Below are positions 17,733 through 27,651 of a stretch of 64,000 nt of DNA, one piece after another. The notes under the pieces are model-generated. The model ran no database searches. It had not been told where the DNA came from and saw only the letters and a program-made list of their open reading frames with translations. Each line of letters starts with the position of its first letter. Position 1 is the first letter of the stretch. The DNA comes from Bacteroidales bacterium UBA5429 (GTDB lineage Bacteria > Bacteroidota > Bacteroidia > Bacteroidales > WCHB1-69), in the NCBI GenBank assembly GCA_002427605.1, contig DIRT01000023.1, forward strand, positions 2,936 to 66,935. Reading direction: 5' to 3'. A program made the translations under genes and the position numbers.

Positions 17733-18046
17733 ATTTGGTCTTTCTTGTTTTCAGAGCGCAAAAATACAACTTTTTTTGATATAAACTGACTTTCTCTGAA
17801 AAATATTCTTAAAGCATTCATTTCCAGGGGAATATTTTTTATCATGAACACTAAAAATCCTCTTTTTGAGCGATTTTAAAGGGTTGTCAACCTTTTATTT
17901 TAGAAGAATAAGCTCATTTTTTTACAAAAAAGGAAATATTACAACATTCTTTCACTCTTCCATTGAAGAGTCCAAAATCTCAAAAGTGATTCATTTATTT
18001 TTAAATCGAGACGAACAATTCGAATTATTTATATACTTTTGTACTC

Positions 18047-19282
18047 ATGAATAAATTGAGTCGAAATTTTTGGCGATTCCCCTGGAAGCTGAAACAAGCG
18101 TTTGTAATCGCTTTGAGTTTTCCTTTGATTGGACTCTTGTTGGACCTCGTAACAAGCAGAGATTCGGTCTGGATTCCACAATTTCCGTACAATCTCATCA
18201 CATTTCTACTCTTTATCGCACTGATCGGACTAATCTCTTTTAGGTACAAAAAGAGCAAATTAGTTCAATTTCTGTCCTGCATACCGGCAAGCATCTCCGC
18301 CATTACAGTATTTATTGGTGTCCTGCTGCTGATGGGACTGATTCCTCAACATCCTGACTCAACGCCCTTTGCAATACAACTCCGTCTCAACGACATTTTG
18401 AATTCCGGCATCTTCCTTTTCTCGCTTATCTACCTGCTTATCATCCTCACATTCACGATTTTCACCCGCGTTTATCCTTTCCGTTGGCGGAATCTGCCTT
18501 TTCTTTTGAATCATGTTGGGTTATTAATAATATTGGGGGGGGCCACAATGGGTTCTTCGGATCTGTATCGTCTGAAAATGTTATGCGCATACGACACGCC
18601 GGTCTGGTACGGCACTGATCAAAGAGGAAAGCAGTATAAACTTCCTTTTGCCATTGAATTGAAAAAGTTCCATATCGATTATTATGATCCTGAACTGGTA
18701 TTGATAGATAGAGAAACTCAAGAAGCGGTAAAAATTAAAGTTAAACCGGATGCTTATGTAAAAAGAGGAAAGAAAGTCAATTTTAACGATGAAGTCAAGA
18801 TTACTATCGACACCTTTCATCGTCATGCCTTTGAATCGAAGAAAATATTTCTTCCTGCTGAAAGACCGGGTAATACCCAGGCGGTCAAAGTGAGAGTCTA
18901 TGACGCAGCAACCCAAAAAACATGGAAGGGATGGATCTCCGCCGGTAGCTTTATTCAATATCCTCATCGGATAAAATTACAGCACTACGATTTGGGATTA
19001 GCGCCTCCCAAACCTAAGAAATATAGTTCTGAATTCAAACTCTATGAACCTGGTAAAGAACCCGAAACTATCACTTTAGTAGTCAATAAACCTGTTCGAA
19101 GCATGGGATGGAAACTATACCAGGTAAGTTATGACATACGAAAAGGGAAATGGTCGGAATATACCATCATTGAAGCTATAAAAGACCCCTGGCTTCCATT
19201 GGTTTATATCGGTTTCTACATGCTTTTGGCAGGGGCTTTATTATTAATTTGGCAGGGAGCTAATTTGAATAGAAATGGATAA
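18047..19282 (+). CDS. Cytochrome c biogenesis protein, ResB/CcsB-like
   Basis: 411 aa with N-terminal TM helices, a large soluble loop and a C-terminal TM helix. It overlaps the downstream ccsA by 8 nt. Confidence 0.6.
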   Translation: MNKLSRNFWRFPWKLKQAFVIALSFPLIGLLLDLVTSRDSVWIPQFPYNLITFLLFIALIGLISFRYKKSKLVQFLSCIPASISAITVFIGVLLLMGLIPQHPDSTPFAIQLRLNDILNSGIFLFSLIYLLIILTFTIFTRVYPFRWRNLPFLLNHVGLLIILGGATMGSSDLYRLKMLCAYDTPVWYGTDQRGKQYKLPFAIELKKFHIDYYDPELVLIDRETQEAVKIKVKPDAYVKRGKKVNFNDEVKITIDTFHRHAFESKKIFLPAERPGNTQAVKVRVYDAATQKTWKGWISAGSFIQYPHRIKLQHYDLGLAPPKPKKYSSEFKLYEPGKEPETITLVVNKPVRSMGWKLYQVSYDIRKGKWSEYTIIEAIKDPWLPLVYIGFYMLLAGALLLIWQGANLNRNG

Positions 19283-20060
19283 TTTAATCACCTACTATAT
19301 TGTCGCCGGCTCCATCGTGCTGATTGGATTAATTGCAACTTTGCTTGCTTTCATTGAGAAAGAAAAAAAGTTGCCATTGATCTTTCTAACTATCGGCATA
19401 TTATGGTTAGGATTCTATATTGCCGTGTTATGGTATAAAATGGGTCATGCTCCCATGAAATCATTGGGAGAAACACGTTTGTGGTATGCTTTTTTCCTTC
19501 TCTTTATTGGTTCCATCCTCTATCTGAGATGGGAATACAAGTGGATACTGCTCTTCAGTGTCCTGATGACAGACCTGTTTCTAATTTTCAACATCATCTA
19601 CCCGGAAAACTTTGACACTTCCCTGATGCCGGCTCTCCAAAGCTACTGGTTTGTTCCCCACGTGATCGTCTACATCTTTGCCTATTCGATGATGAGTATC
19701 GCTACCCTATTCTCCTTCAAGGGATTATATCAAATGAGAAAGAAACGTTGGAACACCCAAAGCCTGAACATTATAGATAACTTAGTCTATATTGGATTTG
19801 CTTTCCTCACTTTTGGAATTATTTTTGGTGCCATGTGGGCAAAAGAAGCCTGGGGACACTATTGGAGTTTCGACCCTAAGGAGACCTGGGCACTAATCAC
19901 CTGGCTCATGTACTTACTCTATTTGCACTACAGAAAATTCAAAAATCAAAATGTTCGAATCACACTGATTATATTAATTATCGCCTTTTTGATGCTCTTA
20001 ACATGCTGGTTTGGAGTCAACTACCTCCCCGCAGCCGCGAAAAGTATTCACGTCTATTAA
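19275..20060 (+). CDS. ccsA: Cytochrome c biogenesis heme-handling protein CcsA
   Basis: Polytopic membrane protein with the Trp-rich motif WAKEAWGHYWSFDPKETWALITWL (WWD-type). Confidence 0.8.
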   Translation: MDNLITYYIVAGSIVLIGLIATLLAFIEKEKKLPLIFLTIGILWLGFYIAVLWYKMGHAPMKSLGETRLWYAFFLLFIGSILYLRWEYKWILLFSVLMTDLFLIFNIIYPENFDTSLMPALQSYWFVPHVIVYIFAYSMMSIATLFSFKGLYQMRKKRWNTQSLNIIDNLVYIGFAFLTFGIIFGAMWAKEAWGHYWSFDPKETWALITWLMYLLYLHYRKFKNQNVRITLIILIIAFLMLLTCWFGVNYLPAAAKSIHVY

Positions 20061-20128
20061 AGGTAGAAGGTAGAATGATTTCGGATTTCGGAATTTAATT
20101 CTTAATGTTTATTTCGACTTTCGACTTT
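20061..20128 (+). repeat. (AGGTAGA)x2 ATG (ATTTCGG)x2 .. (TTTCGAC)x2 heptamer arrays
   Basis: The array begins at the nucleotide after the ccsA TAA stop (20058..20060). The units were read directly from the sequence. Confidence 0.8.
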
Positions 20129-20132
20129 TAAA

Positions 20133-20230
20133 TTTTTTTCTTTTTTTTTGAAATAAAATAAAAGGGGGGCAGGATAGATTTTCCTCTTCAGTTATATCAT
20201 TTCCCCACTCTGAAATATTGTACCTTTTAA
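20133..20230 (-). repeat. G-run/C-run intergenic element, copy B
   Basis: The minus strand reads AAAAGGTACAATATTTCAGAGTGGGGAAATGATATAACTGAAGAGGAAAATCTATCCTGCCCCCCTTTTATTTTATTTCAAAAAAAAAG. It aligns with copy A along its whole length. Confidence 0.75.
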
Positions 20231-20355
20231 GAGAAATAGTGTGCAATTAAGAAATGCAAATCGGATTGTTTATCTATTGCCATCATGGTTGGTTTATTGA
20301 AAACTCCTTTAACAGTAGATTGATCATTAAACTTTTCACTCCAAATCTTGTCAAG
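20227..20355 (-). pseudogene. Decayed fragment homologous to the 3' end of the DUF488-partner gene (8734..9567)
   Basis: The minus frame reads LDKIWSEKFNDQSTVKGVFNKPTMMAIDKQSDLHFLIAHYFS*. The DNA shares GAAATG.AAATC, the DLHF codons, AGAGAAA and the immediately following element with 9440..9600. About 70 nt appear to be missing. Confidence 0.45.
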
Positions 20356-20372
20356 ATTATAAATTTTTGATT

Positions 20373-20400
20373 CCGAAATCCGAAATCCGAAATCCGAAAT
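20373..20400 (-). repeat. (ATTTCGG)x4 heptamer array, inverted relative to 20078..20091
   Basis: The plus strand shows four perfect CCGAAAT units, immediately upstream of the promoter block at 20407..20421. Confidence 0.85.
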
Positions 20401-20406
20401 TTATTA

Positions 20407-20421
20407 TATCTTTGTAGGTTA
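20407..20421 (+). promoter_or_regulatory. Promoter/leader block TATCTTTGTAGGTTA upstream of the lipoprotein/asmA operon
   Basis: It is preceded by AAATTTATTATA, as at 48345..48356 on the minus strand. Confidence 0.5.
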
Positions 20422-20428
20422 TAATACA

Positions 20429-20824
20429 ATGTTTATGAAACGTAAAATCATCCTTATAATAGTTTTGGTAAGTCTTGTTGCAGGGTTCCATTCCTGTGTT
20501 GATCCTTTTGGCTTTGACGCTGATTTATTGATCGGCAAGTGGTCGAGACCTTCTCCTTTTGCTACACCGGAATATCCCGGCGATGAGTATTATCGCTACG
20601 ATGAAGGTGGATTGGGCGTAACCTGGGACACCTCAGATGATGTTACTGAAGAGGAAGCTCAAAAGTTCACCTGGAGTGTGAATGGCTCCAGACTTACTTT
20701 AGTTCACGAGATTGAGATGGGAGGAAGCGTTACCAAAATCTATACCCTCTCTACTCTCACCTTTGACAAACTTATTTACAAGGATGAATTCGGCAAAGTT
20801 TATACATTTCAAAAAGTTCAGTAA
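20429..20824 (+). CDS. Small lipoprotein, lipocalin-like
   Basis: Lipobox-like LVAGFHSC after the signal peptide. GKWSRPS..FTWSVNGSRLTL..TLTFDKLIY follows. It lies 15 nt upstream of the AsmA-like gene. Confidence 0.55.
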   Translation: MFMKRKIILIIVLVSLVAGFHSCVDPFGFDADLLIGKWSRPSPFATPEYPGDEYYRYDEGGLGVTWDTSDDVTEEEAQKFTWSVNGSRLTLVHEIEMGGSVTKIYTLSTLTFDKLIYKDEFGKVYTFQKVQ

Positions 20825-20839
20825 CCTTCAATTCCCACT

Positions 20840-23824
20840 ATGAATCCAAAACTTAAAAAAGCATTAAAAATCACAGGAATCAGCTTGGGATCATTGATCG
20901 CTCTGCTGATTATTGCCGCAGTAATTATCTCCTGGGTTATTGTTACCCCTAAAAGATTAACCCCCATTGTACGCTCTCAGCTCAAAAACTACATCACCTG
21001 TCAGGCAGACCTGAAAGAGGTGGAGTTGACCATATTTTCCACATTTCCTCAAATCGCCTTACGAATTGATGGATTGACACTGATTAATCCTACTCCGGGA
21101 ACCGATCAGGACACTTTGCTCGCTTCTCAATCTGTAGATGCAGAGCTCAATCTGAAAGCATTGCTCTTTCACAATAAAGTGCTTGTTGACGGGGTCACCA
21201 TACACAAAGCAAAAATTTCTGCTTTTGCAGACTCTACCGGTCGAACTAACTTCGATATCTTCAAAGAGAGTGATCCTAAAAAAGAGTCTGAACCATTTGA
21301 TCTGATAGCCTTGAAATCCTTGAAACTGGAAGAGAGTGATGTCAGTTTTAATGATTATCAAAATGGGTACTTTTTCGATGCTAAGAAACTGGATCTCAAG
21401 CTTCAAGATTTGGAGATAACACCGGAGGAGCTTACCGCTATGCTCAAACTTAAATCACCGGATCTCTACTTCAAAATGGGTGAAGATATCTACTGGGATC
21501 ATCGGGATATGGATTTGTCACTGGGTGCGGGATACCACATGGAGAGCGGCAAAATCACCATTCAGGATTTACAGCTCAACCATCAAAAGAACCGAATTGA
21601 GGTAGATGGAACCATTGAAAGTAATCCTGACGGGGATATGGTACTGAACCTGGACTATGCATTACAGACAGACTCAATCCGTGAAACGATAGCTTTGATC
21701 CCCCTATTTTTAAGAGAATCCCTGGATGGTATTGAAATGGAAGGAAAAGGGGAACTCAAAGGTAAAGTCAGCGGAATCTTTAATGATAGCTTAATGCCAT
21801 TAATCACCGGGGAATTAAAACTGAAAGAGTTTGTTGCCTACCTGGAAGGAATGGAAAACATTGTCCTCAGAGAGGGAGTTGGCAATTTTAACTACCATAT
21901 CGACTTAAATCAGGAAGATGAGAGTCGTGTTCAGGTTAATAACTTTAAATTCAATACCTTAGATTCAAAATTTGAGATGAAAGGGTTGATTACTGAACTC
22001 TTCGATGCAGTCCGATATAATGGTAATCTCAAAGCAGATTTGCACTTACCCACACTTTCCAAAGAGTTTGCGGAACCGGAAGGATATCAAGTGAATGGCA
22101 AGATGGCGTTGAATACCCAACTCAACACTACTTTAGATGATTTGACCCAGCTCAATTTGGATAAACTGCTCGTTCAGGGTAATCTGAAACTGGAACGTTT
22201 TAGTCTGATAGGTGCAAAAGACACCCTCTTCTTCGAAACTCCCGATGCACAAATCAATCTCAGGATGAACCAAGCGGGAAAAGATCGTAAAAAACAGTTC
22301 CTGGAAGCCCGAATCAGTTCCTCACAAATGAAAGGCACGATGGGTAAATCGATCGATTTCAACCTGGATAATGCCAACCTGCACGTTGATGGATCCAACT
22401 TTACAGATTCTTTGCAACTGTTAAAGATTGCCTGTGAGTACCAAATTGGGCACTTAACAGGAAGAATGGACAGCGATAATGCAGAATTAAGTGAGATCAA
22501 AGGGAAAGCATCTATAGAAGAGTTGCGCCAACTCAAACAAAATCTGTACAATATTGACCTCAAAGCATCTCAAATTGCTGCTACTACCGGTGAAGGGGAA
22601 GACAAAATGGATATTGCTGCGGATGCGATCTCGCTCAAGTTTAATATCCATGAGAAATATACCGAGAGCAACCCGCTACTGCAATGGAATCCTGTAGGAG
22701 ATATCCAATTGACAAATGGGAAAGTCAAAATGGCAAGTATCCCGGAAACCATCTACATTCCGACCATCAGTTTTATAGCTGAAAAGGATGAATATCGGAT
22801 CAAAGAGAGTAAAATTATCTTAGGAGAGTCTGACTTTTCATTGATTGGAACCCTTTCCAATTTACAACCCTATCTTAAAAATGAGGGGATCCTCCATGGC
22901 GACTTTCAGTTTATTTCCACTCAAACAGACATCAACCGCATTATGGATTTGACCAGTGCGGAAAGTGGCAGCGAAGAGGTGGACCTCCCTCCTACTCCAC
23001 GTGCTGAAGGCGATCCTTTCCTGGTACCTTTGAACATGAACGTGAAGTTAAACACCCGAATCGATCAGGCGCTCTTCAACGGCAGTATTATCCGCAATAT
23101 CAAGGGAGATCTCTATGTCAAAGATGGCAAGCTGATACTGGACGGACTTAAGGCAACACTCCCCGGAAGCGACGTAGTTGTGACCGCTTTATATAGAACT
23201 CCACGCAAAAATCACCTCTTTATAGGAGTCGATTATCACATGTTGAATGTTGAAATTGAGAACCTCTTAACCATGTTCCCCGACATCGACACCATGATGC
23301 CGATGCTGAAATCGTTCAAAGGAAAGGGAGAGTTTCACTTCGTTGCGGAAACCTATCTTTTCTCCAACTATGACCTCAAAAAGTCCACTATTCGCGGTGC
23401 TGCGGCCATCAGTGGTCAGGACTTGGTTTTAATGGATGGAGAGACCTTTACAGAAATATCTAAAATACTGATGTTCAACAAGAAAACAGAAAATAAGATC
23501 GACTCCATTGCTGCTGAGTTCACCCTTTTCAAAAACGAAATCGATGTTTATCCATTCTCCATAAAAATGGACAAATATCGGGCGGTAATCAGTGGTAAGC
23601 ACAACCTTGACATGAGCTTCATCTATCATATTTCGTTAGTAGAATCGCCCATCCTCATCACTATCGGGGTGGATGTTTCCGGCACACTGGATGACCTCAA
23701 AATCCGTCCGGTCATCCCACGTTACGCTGAATATTTCCGTCCTGCCCGTTCGGAAGCGTTCACCAACGAGCAGTACAACTTGAAGAAGATGATCAGGGAG
23801 GCTTTATTAATGAAGTTGGAATAA
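20840..23824 (+). CDS. AsmA-family outer-membrane biogenesis protein
   Basis: 994 aa with a single N-terminal TM anchor (GISLGSLIALLIIAAVIISWVIV), followed by a long repetitive beta-rich body and an AsmA-like C-terminus. Confidence 0.65.
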   Translation: MNPKLKKALKITGISLGSLIALLIIAAVIISWVIVTPKRLTPIVRSQLKNYITCQADLKEVELTIFSTFPQIALRIDGLTLINPTPGTDQDTLLASQSVDAELNLKALLFHNKVLVDGVTIHKAKISAFADSTGRTNFDIFKESDPKKESEPFDLIALKSLKLEESDVSFNDYQNGYFFDAKKLDLKLQDLEITPEELTAMLKLKSPDLYFKMGEDIYWDHRDMDLSLGAGYHMESGKITIQDLQLNHQKNRIEVDGTIESNPDGDMVLNLDYALQTDSIRETIALIPLFLRESLDGIEMEGKGELKGKVSGIFNDSLMPLITGELKLKEFVAYLEGMENIVLREGVGNFNYHIDLNQEDESRVQVNNFKFNTLDSKFEMKGLITELFDAVRYNGNLKADLHLPTLSKEFAEPEGYQVNGKMALNTQLNTTLDDLTQLNLDKLLVQGNLKLERFSLIGAKDTLFFETPDAQINLRMNQAGKDRKKQFLEARISSSQMKGTMGKSIDFNLDNANLHVDGSNFTDSLQLLKIACEYQIGHLTGRMDSDNAELSEIKGKASIEELRQLKQNLYNIDLKASQIAATTGEGEDKMDIAADAISLKFNIHEKYTESNPLLQWNPVGDIQLTNGKVKMASIPETIYIPTISFIAEKDEYRIKESKIILGESDFSLIGTLSNLQPYLKNEGILHGDFQFISTQTDINRIMDLTSAESGSEEVDLPPTPRAEGDPFLVPLNMNVKLNTRIDQALFNGSIIRNIKGDLYVKDGKLILDGLKATLPGSDVVVTALYRTPRKNHLFIGVDYHMLNVEIENLLTMFPDIDTMMPMLKSFKGKGEFHFVAETYLFSNYDLKKSTIRGAAAISGQDLVLMDGETFTEISKILMFNKKTENKIDSIAAEFTLFKNEIDVYPFSIKMDKYRAVISGKHNLDMSFIYHISLVESPILITIGVDVSGTLDDLKIRPVIPRYAEYFRPARSEAFTNEQYNLKKMIREALLMKLE

Positions 23825-23832
23825 AAATAATT

Positions 23833-23863
23833 GGGGGGGGGTGACAAAACATCCCCCTTTTTT
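23833..23863 (+). terminator. Rho-independent terminator after the AsmA-like gene
   Basis: GGGGGGTG (23836..23843) pairs with CATCCCCC (23850..23857) with one mismatch. The loop is ACAAAA, and a TTTTTT run follows. Confidence 0.7.
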
Positions 23864-23975
23864 ATATTTATCGCATTCATTCCGTCAATTCGTCACAATT
23901 TAGACATTTTCATGAGAATTTGACCCACTGTATGACACACATTTCCGAAGAGGAATAGTTCCCCCGCACCTGACA

Positions 23976-24055
23976 AAAATAAGTAAAAAGTGACAAATTG
24001 TCATGATTCCCCCTTTTATTTTAATTAAAAAAAGAAAAAAAGATAAAAAAGAAGA
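23976..24055 (+). repeat. G-run/C-run intergenic element, copy D (3' two thirds only)
   Basis: AAAATAAGTAAAAAGTGACAAATTGTCATGATTCCCCCTTTTATTTTAATTAAAAAAAGAAAAAAAG aligns with the 3' part of copy A. The AGAGTGGGGAAA box is not conserved. Confidence 0.6.
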
Positions 24056-24146
24056 ATTATGGTCCACTTTTTTGTTTGGCACCATTTTTGTTTATATAAA
24101 GGTGTAGAAAACAATTTAAATATTAACATTATATAAATACGAAATT

Positions 24147-26078
24147 ATGGGAAAAATTATTGGAATTGACTTAGGAACAACAAATTCATGCGTATCCGTT
24201 ATGGAAGGTAACGAACCTGTTGTTATACCTAATAGCGAAGGAAGAAGAACAACTCCTTCGATTGTGGCTTTTGTTGGGGAGAATGAGCGTAAAGTAGGTG
24301 ATCCTGCGAAAAGACAAGCGATTACCAACCCTACTAAAACAATCTATTCGATCAAACGTTTTATGGGTGAAACTTACGACAGAGTAGCGAAAGAATGTGA
24401 AAGAATACCTTATGTTGTAGAGAAATCGAGCAACAATATGCCACGCATCAAAATTGATGACAGACTATATACTCCACAAGAAATTTCGGCTATGGTACTT
24501 CAAAAAATGAAGAAAACTGCCGAAGATTACCTGGGAACTGAAATAACCAAAGCTGTTATTACTGTGCCAGCTTACTTTAGTGACTCACAAAGACAAGCTA
24601 CAAAAGAGGCCGGAGAGATTGCAGGTTTGAAGGTAGAAAGAATTATCAATGAGCCTACTGCAGCGGCATTGGCTTACGGTTTGGACAAGAAGAAATCAGA
24701 CTCTAAAGTGGCTGTGTTCGATTTGGGTGGCGGAACTTTTGATATCTCTATCCTTGAGTTAGGAGATGGCGTATTTGAAGTGAAATCAACCAATGGAGAT
24801 ACTCACCTGGGTGGTGACGACTTTGACCACGCGATCATCGACTGGTTAGCAGAAGAGTTCCAAAAGGATTATAATATCGACTTAAGAAAAGATCCGATGG
24901 CGTTACAACGCTTGAAAGAGGCTGCTGAAAAAGCTAAGATTGAGCTTTCCAGCTCCACTTCTACCGAGATCAACCTACCTTATATTATGCCTATAGATGG
25001 AATTCCTCAACACTTGGTGCGCACTTTGACCCGTGCACAGTTTGAGCAATTGACCTACGATTTAATCCAACGTACTATTGAGCCTTGTAAAAAAGCATTA
25101 GCTGACGCAGGTTACAAAACATCTGACATCGATGAAGTACTTTTGGTGGGTGGATCAACCCGTATCCCTGCTATCCAACAAGTAGTAGAGAATTTCTTCG
25201 GCAAAGCACCTTCAAAAGGTGTTAATCCTGACGAAGTAGTAGCCATTGGTGCTGCAATCCAGGGAGGCGTATTAAGTGGTGATGTAACCGACATCTTACT
25301 TTTGGACGTAACTCCACTTTCACTCGGATTGGAAACTTTAGGTGGTGTGATGACTCGCTTGATCGAAGCCAACACAACTATCCCAACCAAGAAAACAGAA
25401 ACCTTTACTACCGCTGTGGATAATCAAACCTCTGTTGAGATCCATATCCTTCAAGGGGAAAGACCCATGGCGAATCAAAATAAGAGTATCGGACGCTTCC
25501 ACCTTGACGGCATCCCCGCTGCTATGCGCGGAATTCCACAAATCGAAGTCACTTTCGACATCGACTCCAACGGAATTTTGAATGTAAGCGCTAAGGATAA
25601 AGCCAGTGGTAAAGAGCAAAAGATCCGCATTGAGGCTTCCTCCGGATTGACAGATGAGGAGATCAAGAGAATGAAAGCGGAAGCAGAAGCCAACGCTGAA
25701 GCGGACAACAAAGCGAAAGAAGAAGTTGAAAAGCTCAACAATGCTGACTCGTTAGTGTTCAACACTGAAAAACAACTCAAGGAGTTTGGCGACAAGATTC
25801 CTGCTGAAGACAAAACATTGATCGAAGCAGCTGCTGCAAAACTAAAACAAGCTCATGCAGACAAGAACTTCAGCGCTATCGATGAGGCTACAACCGAGTT
25901 GAACAATGCATGGAACAACGCTTCACAAAAGATGTATCAGCAAGGCGAAGCACAAGGGGCCTCTGCCCACACACAAGATTTCAACTACGGAAATCAGCAG
26001 CAAGACGGTGCTACCGACAACCAGGGCAGCAACATGGATGGCCACGTAACTGACGTTGACTTTGAAGAAGTGAAGTAA
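24147..26078 (+). CDS. dnaK: Molecular chaperone DnaK (Hsp70)
   Basis: [19 protein letters not shown] and [11 protein letters not shown] are present over the full 643-aa length. Confidence 0.97.
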   Translation: MGKIIGIDLGTTNSCVSVMEGNEPVVIPNSEGRRTTPSIVAFVGENERKVGDPAKRQAITNPTKTIYSIKRFMGETYDRVAKECERIPYVVEKSSNNMPRIKIDDRLYTPQEISAMVLQKMKKTAEDYLGTEITKAVITVPAYFSDSQRQATKEAGEIAGLKVERIINEPTAAALAYGLDKKKSDSKVAVFDLGGGTFDISILELGDGVFEVKSTNGDTHLGGDDFDHAIIDWLAEEFQKDYNIDLRKDPMALQRLKEAAEKAKIELSSSTSTEINLPYIMPIDGIPQHLVRTLTRAQFEQLTYDLIQRTIEPCKKALADAGYKTSDIDEVLLVGGSTRIPAIQQVVENFFGKAPSKGVNPDEVVAIGAAIQGGVLSGDVTDILLLDVTPLSLGLETLGGVMTRLIEANTTIPTKKTETFTTAVDNQTSVEIHILQGERPMANQNKSIGRFHLDGIPAAMRGIPQIEVTFDIDSNGILNVSAKDKASGKEQKIRIEASSGLTDEEIKRMKAEAEANAEADNKAKEEVEKLNNADSLVFNTEKQLKEFGDKIPAEDKTLIEAAAAKLKQAHADKNFSAIDEATTELNNAWNNASQKMYQQGEAQGASAHTQDFNYGNQQQDGATDNQGSNMDGHVTDVDFEEVK

Positions 26079-26106
26079 TTCACCATTATACAATAACAAT
26101 AACGCG

Positions 26107-26142
26107 AACCAGACGTAAGAGCAATCTTGCGGCTGGTTTTTT
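26107..26142 (+). terminator. Rho-independent terminator after dnaK
   Basis: AACCAGACGTAAG (26107..26119) pairs with CTTGCGGCTGGTT (one mismatch, one G-U). The loop is AGCAAT, and the sequence runs into TTTTTT. Confidence 0.7.
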
Positions 26143-26188
26143 GATTCAATATTTTTTTATACTTTTGTGGTTTATTTTACTTAAGAGC

Positions 26189-27088
26189 ATGGTACATAAT
26201 ATCTACATTACAAGATTTGAAGTTACTCCGGAAGGAGAAGAGGTGATTAGTCAGGAAAAAACATTGCAAACTGTTCAGGTAGAAGATGAGATGGGACAGG
26301 TTGTTCAAGTGTTGAACTATGACGAGCTTAATGGTGAATTGGTGCGGGAAATCCGGAACAAATACAATGAAAAAGGAGAGTTGGTACGGGAAGAACATCG
26401 CTATATGCAAGATGATATTGAATATGAGGATTTTAACGCCTATCAATATGATGAAACGGGACGGATGACTGTAAAAATGGAACAGTTTTATGGAGATGAT
26501 ACGGTCTACACTACCCAATACATCTATGAAGGAGATCTTCTAATGCAAGTAGATCACTACATCAACGAGAGTTTTGACTATACTGAAACTGAATTTGAAT
26601 ATCAGGATAACAGATTGGTTAAAGAGACCCATTATGATGAGTATGAGGAGCTTGTAAGTACCGTTATCTATCATCGGGATGAGAACGGATGGGTTAATCA
26701 ATGGGTGAAAAACGAAATCCGAGATAAAGATCGCCGTACTGTGGATTATTCCTACGATGAGAATGGCAATCCAATCAAAATCTTGACCTACAACTTTAAA
26801 AACACACTAATTCATGCGCAATATCTTACCTACGACGAATTGAACCGGGATCTGGTTACAGAGTGGGAAGATCTGGACAAAAAAGGTAAAATAGTGAAGG
26901 AATATCAAGGCAAGTTGATTCATAAAATCCAACTTTTCAACGCAGAGGATCAACCTGAAACGGTGTATGAGTATTTCTATAATGATGAGGGACAAATTAA
27001 AGAAACTCATGTTTACCGTTGGGATCCTTTCCATATTCATGCACTTTACCTTGCCGAAATCACTACGCATGAAAGAGTAGCTGAGTGA
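26189..27088 (+). CDS. Acidic YD-like repeat protein, no signal peptide
   Basis: Repeats of the form Y-x-Y-D/N-E-x-G-x-hydrophobic are present (NKYNEKGELV, YQYDETGRM, YSYDENGNPI, FYNDEGQIK). The track start at 26141 (TTG) overlaps the dnaK terminator and a TACTTTTG box at 26160..26167, so ATG 26189 is preferred. Confidence 0.5.
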   Translation: MVHNIYITRFEVTPEGEEVISQEKTLQTVQVEDEMGQVVQVLNYDELNGELVREIRNKYNEKGELVREEHRYMQDDIEYEDFNAYQYDETGRMTVKMEQFYGDDTVYTTQYIYEGDLLMQVDHYINESFDYTETEFEYQDNRLVKETHYDEYEELVSTVIYHRDENGWVNQWVKNEIRDKDRRTVDYSYDENGNPIKILTYNFKNTLIHAQYLTYDELNRDLVTEWEDLDKKGKIVKEYQGKLIHKIQLFNAEDQPETVYEYFYNDEGQIKETHVYRWDPFHIHALYLAEITTHERVAE

Positions 27089-27648
27089 TGAAAAGGCTTT
27101 TTATAGCTGTACCGGTCACACTTTCTCCCTCTTTGCAGGAGAATAGTAACCTTTTACGAGAACATTTACAAAGAGATCAAATTACCTGGGTGGCACCCCA
27201 TCTGCAACACTTGACACTGAGATTTCTTGGAAAAACTCCACCCCAATGGATCGATCCATTGCAAGAAGCAATTCAGAATTGCGCTCAACAGGCAACTCCT
27301 TTTACACTGGAACTCAATCGTTTGGGCTTATTTGGCAGTCGCTACGCACCCAAAGTGATCTGGTATGGCTTTGAAGAGTTTACACTGTTTAAAAATCTTT
27401 TTGAGATACTTGAACCTCAGCTGATCAAGATTGGATTTGAACCCAATTATGGCAACTTTGTTCCTCATATTAGCGTTGGACGAATCAGAAAGGTAGAGAA
27501 CAAAAAAAGATTCTCCGAAGCGATTACAAAACTGCAACCTAAAGAGACACAAACAATTCATGTAGATCAATTGGTTTTGTATCAAAGTAAATTGCATTCG
27601 GATGGACCTATTTACCGGAAATTAGCCACTTTCCCATTTGCACAATAA
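27088..27648 (+). CDS. thpR: RNA 2',3'-cyclic phosphodiesterase (2H phosphoesterase, LigT/ThpR)
   Basis: Two HxT/S motifs are present: HLTLRFLG and PHISVGR. It shares a TGATG overlap with the upstream ORF. Confidence 0.8.
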   Translation: MKRLFIAVPVTLSPSLQENSNLLREHLQRDQITWVAPHLQHLTLRFLGKTPPQWIDPLQEAIQNCAQQATPFTLELNRLGLFGSRYAPKVIWYGFEEFTLFKNLFEILEPQLIKIGFEPNYGNFVPHISVGRIRKVENKKRFSEAITKLQPKETQTIHVDQLVLYQSKLHSDGPIYRKLATFPFAQ

Positions 27649-27651
27649 GCT

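Noticed and set aside
17618-17851. 77-aa ORF in the track
   Set aside because: It overlaps the tRNA-Glu gene on the same strand, and its sequence is low complexity. It is spurious.
23900-24146. CIRCE or another heat-shock operator upstream of dnaK
   Set aside because: I could not find a TTAGCACTC-N9-GAGTGCTAA-like inverted repeat. The region is instead occupied by element copy D and A-rich sequence.
26141-26188. Hydrophobic N-terminal extension (MIQYFFILLWFILLKS) suggesting a signal or TM segment for the YD-like protein
   Set aside because: The extension starts at a TTG inside the dnaK terminator T-run and spans a TACTTTTG promoter box. ATG 26189, downstream of the promoter, is the credible start.
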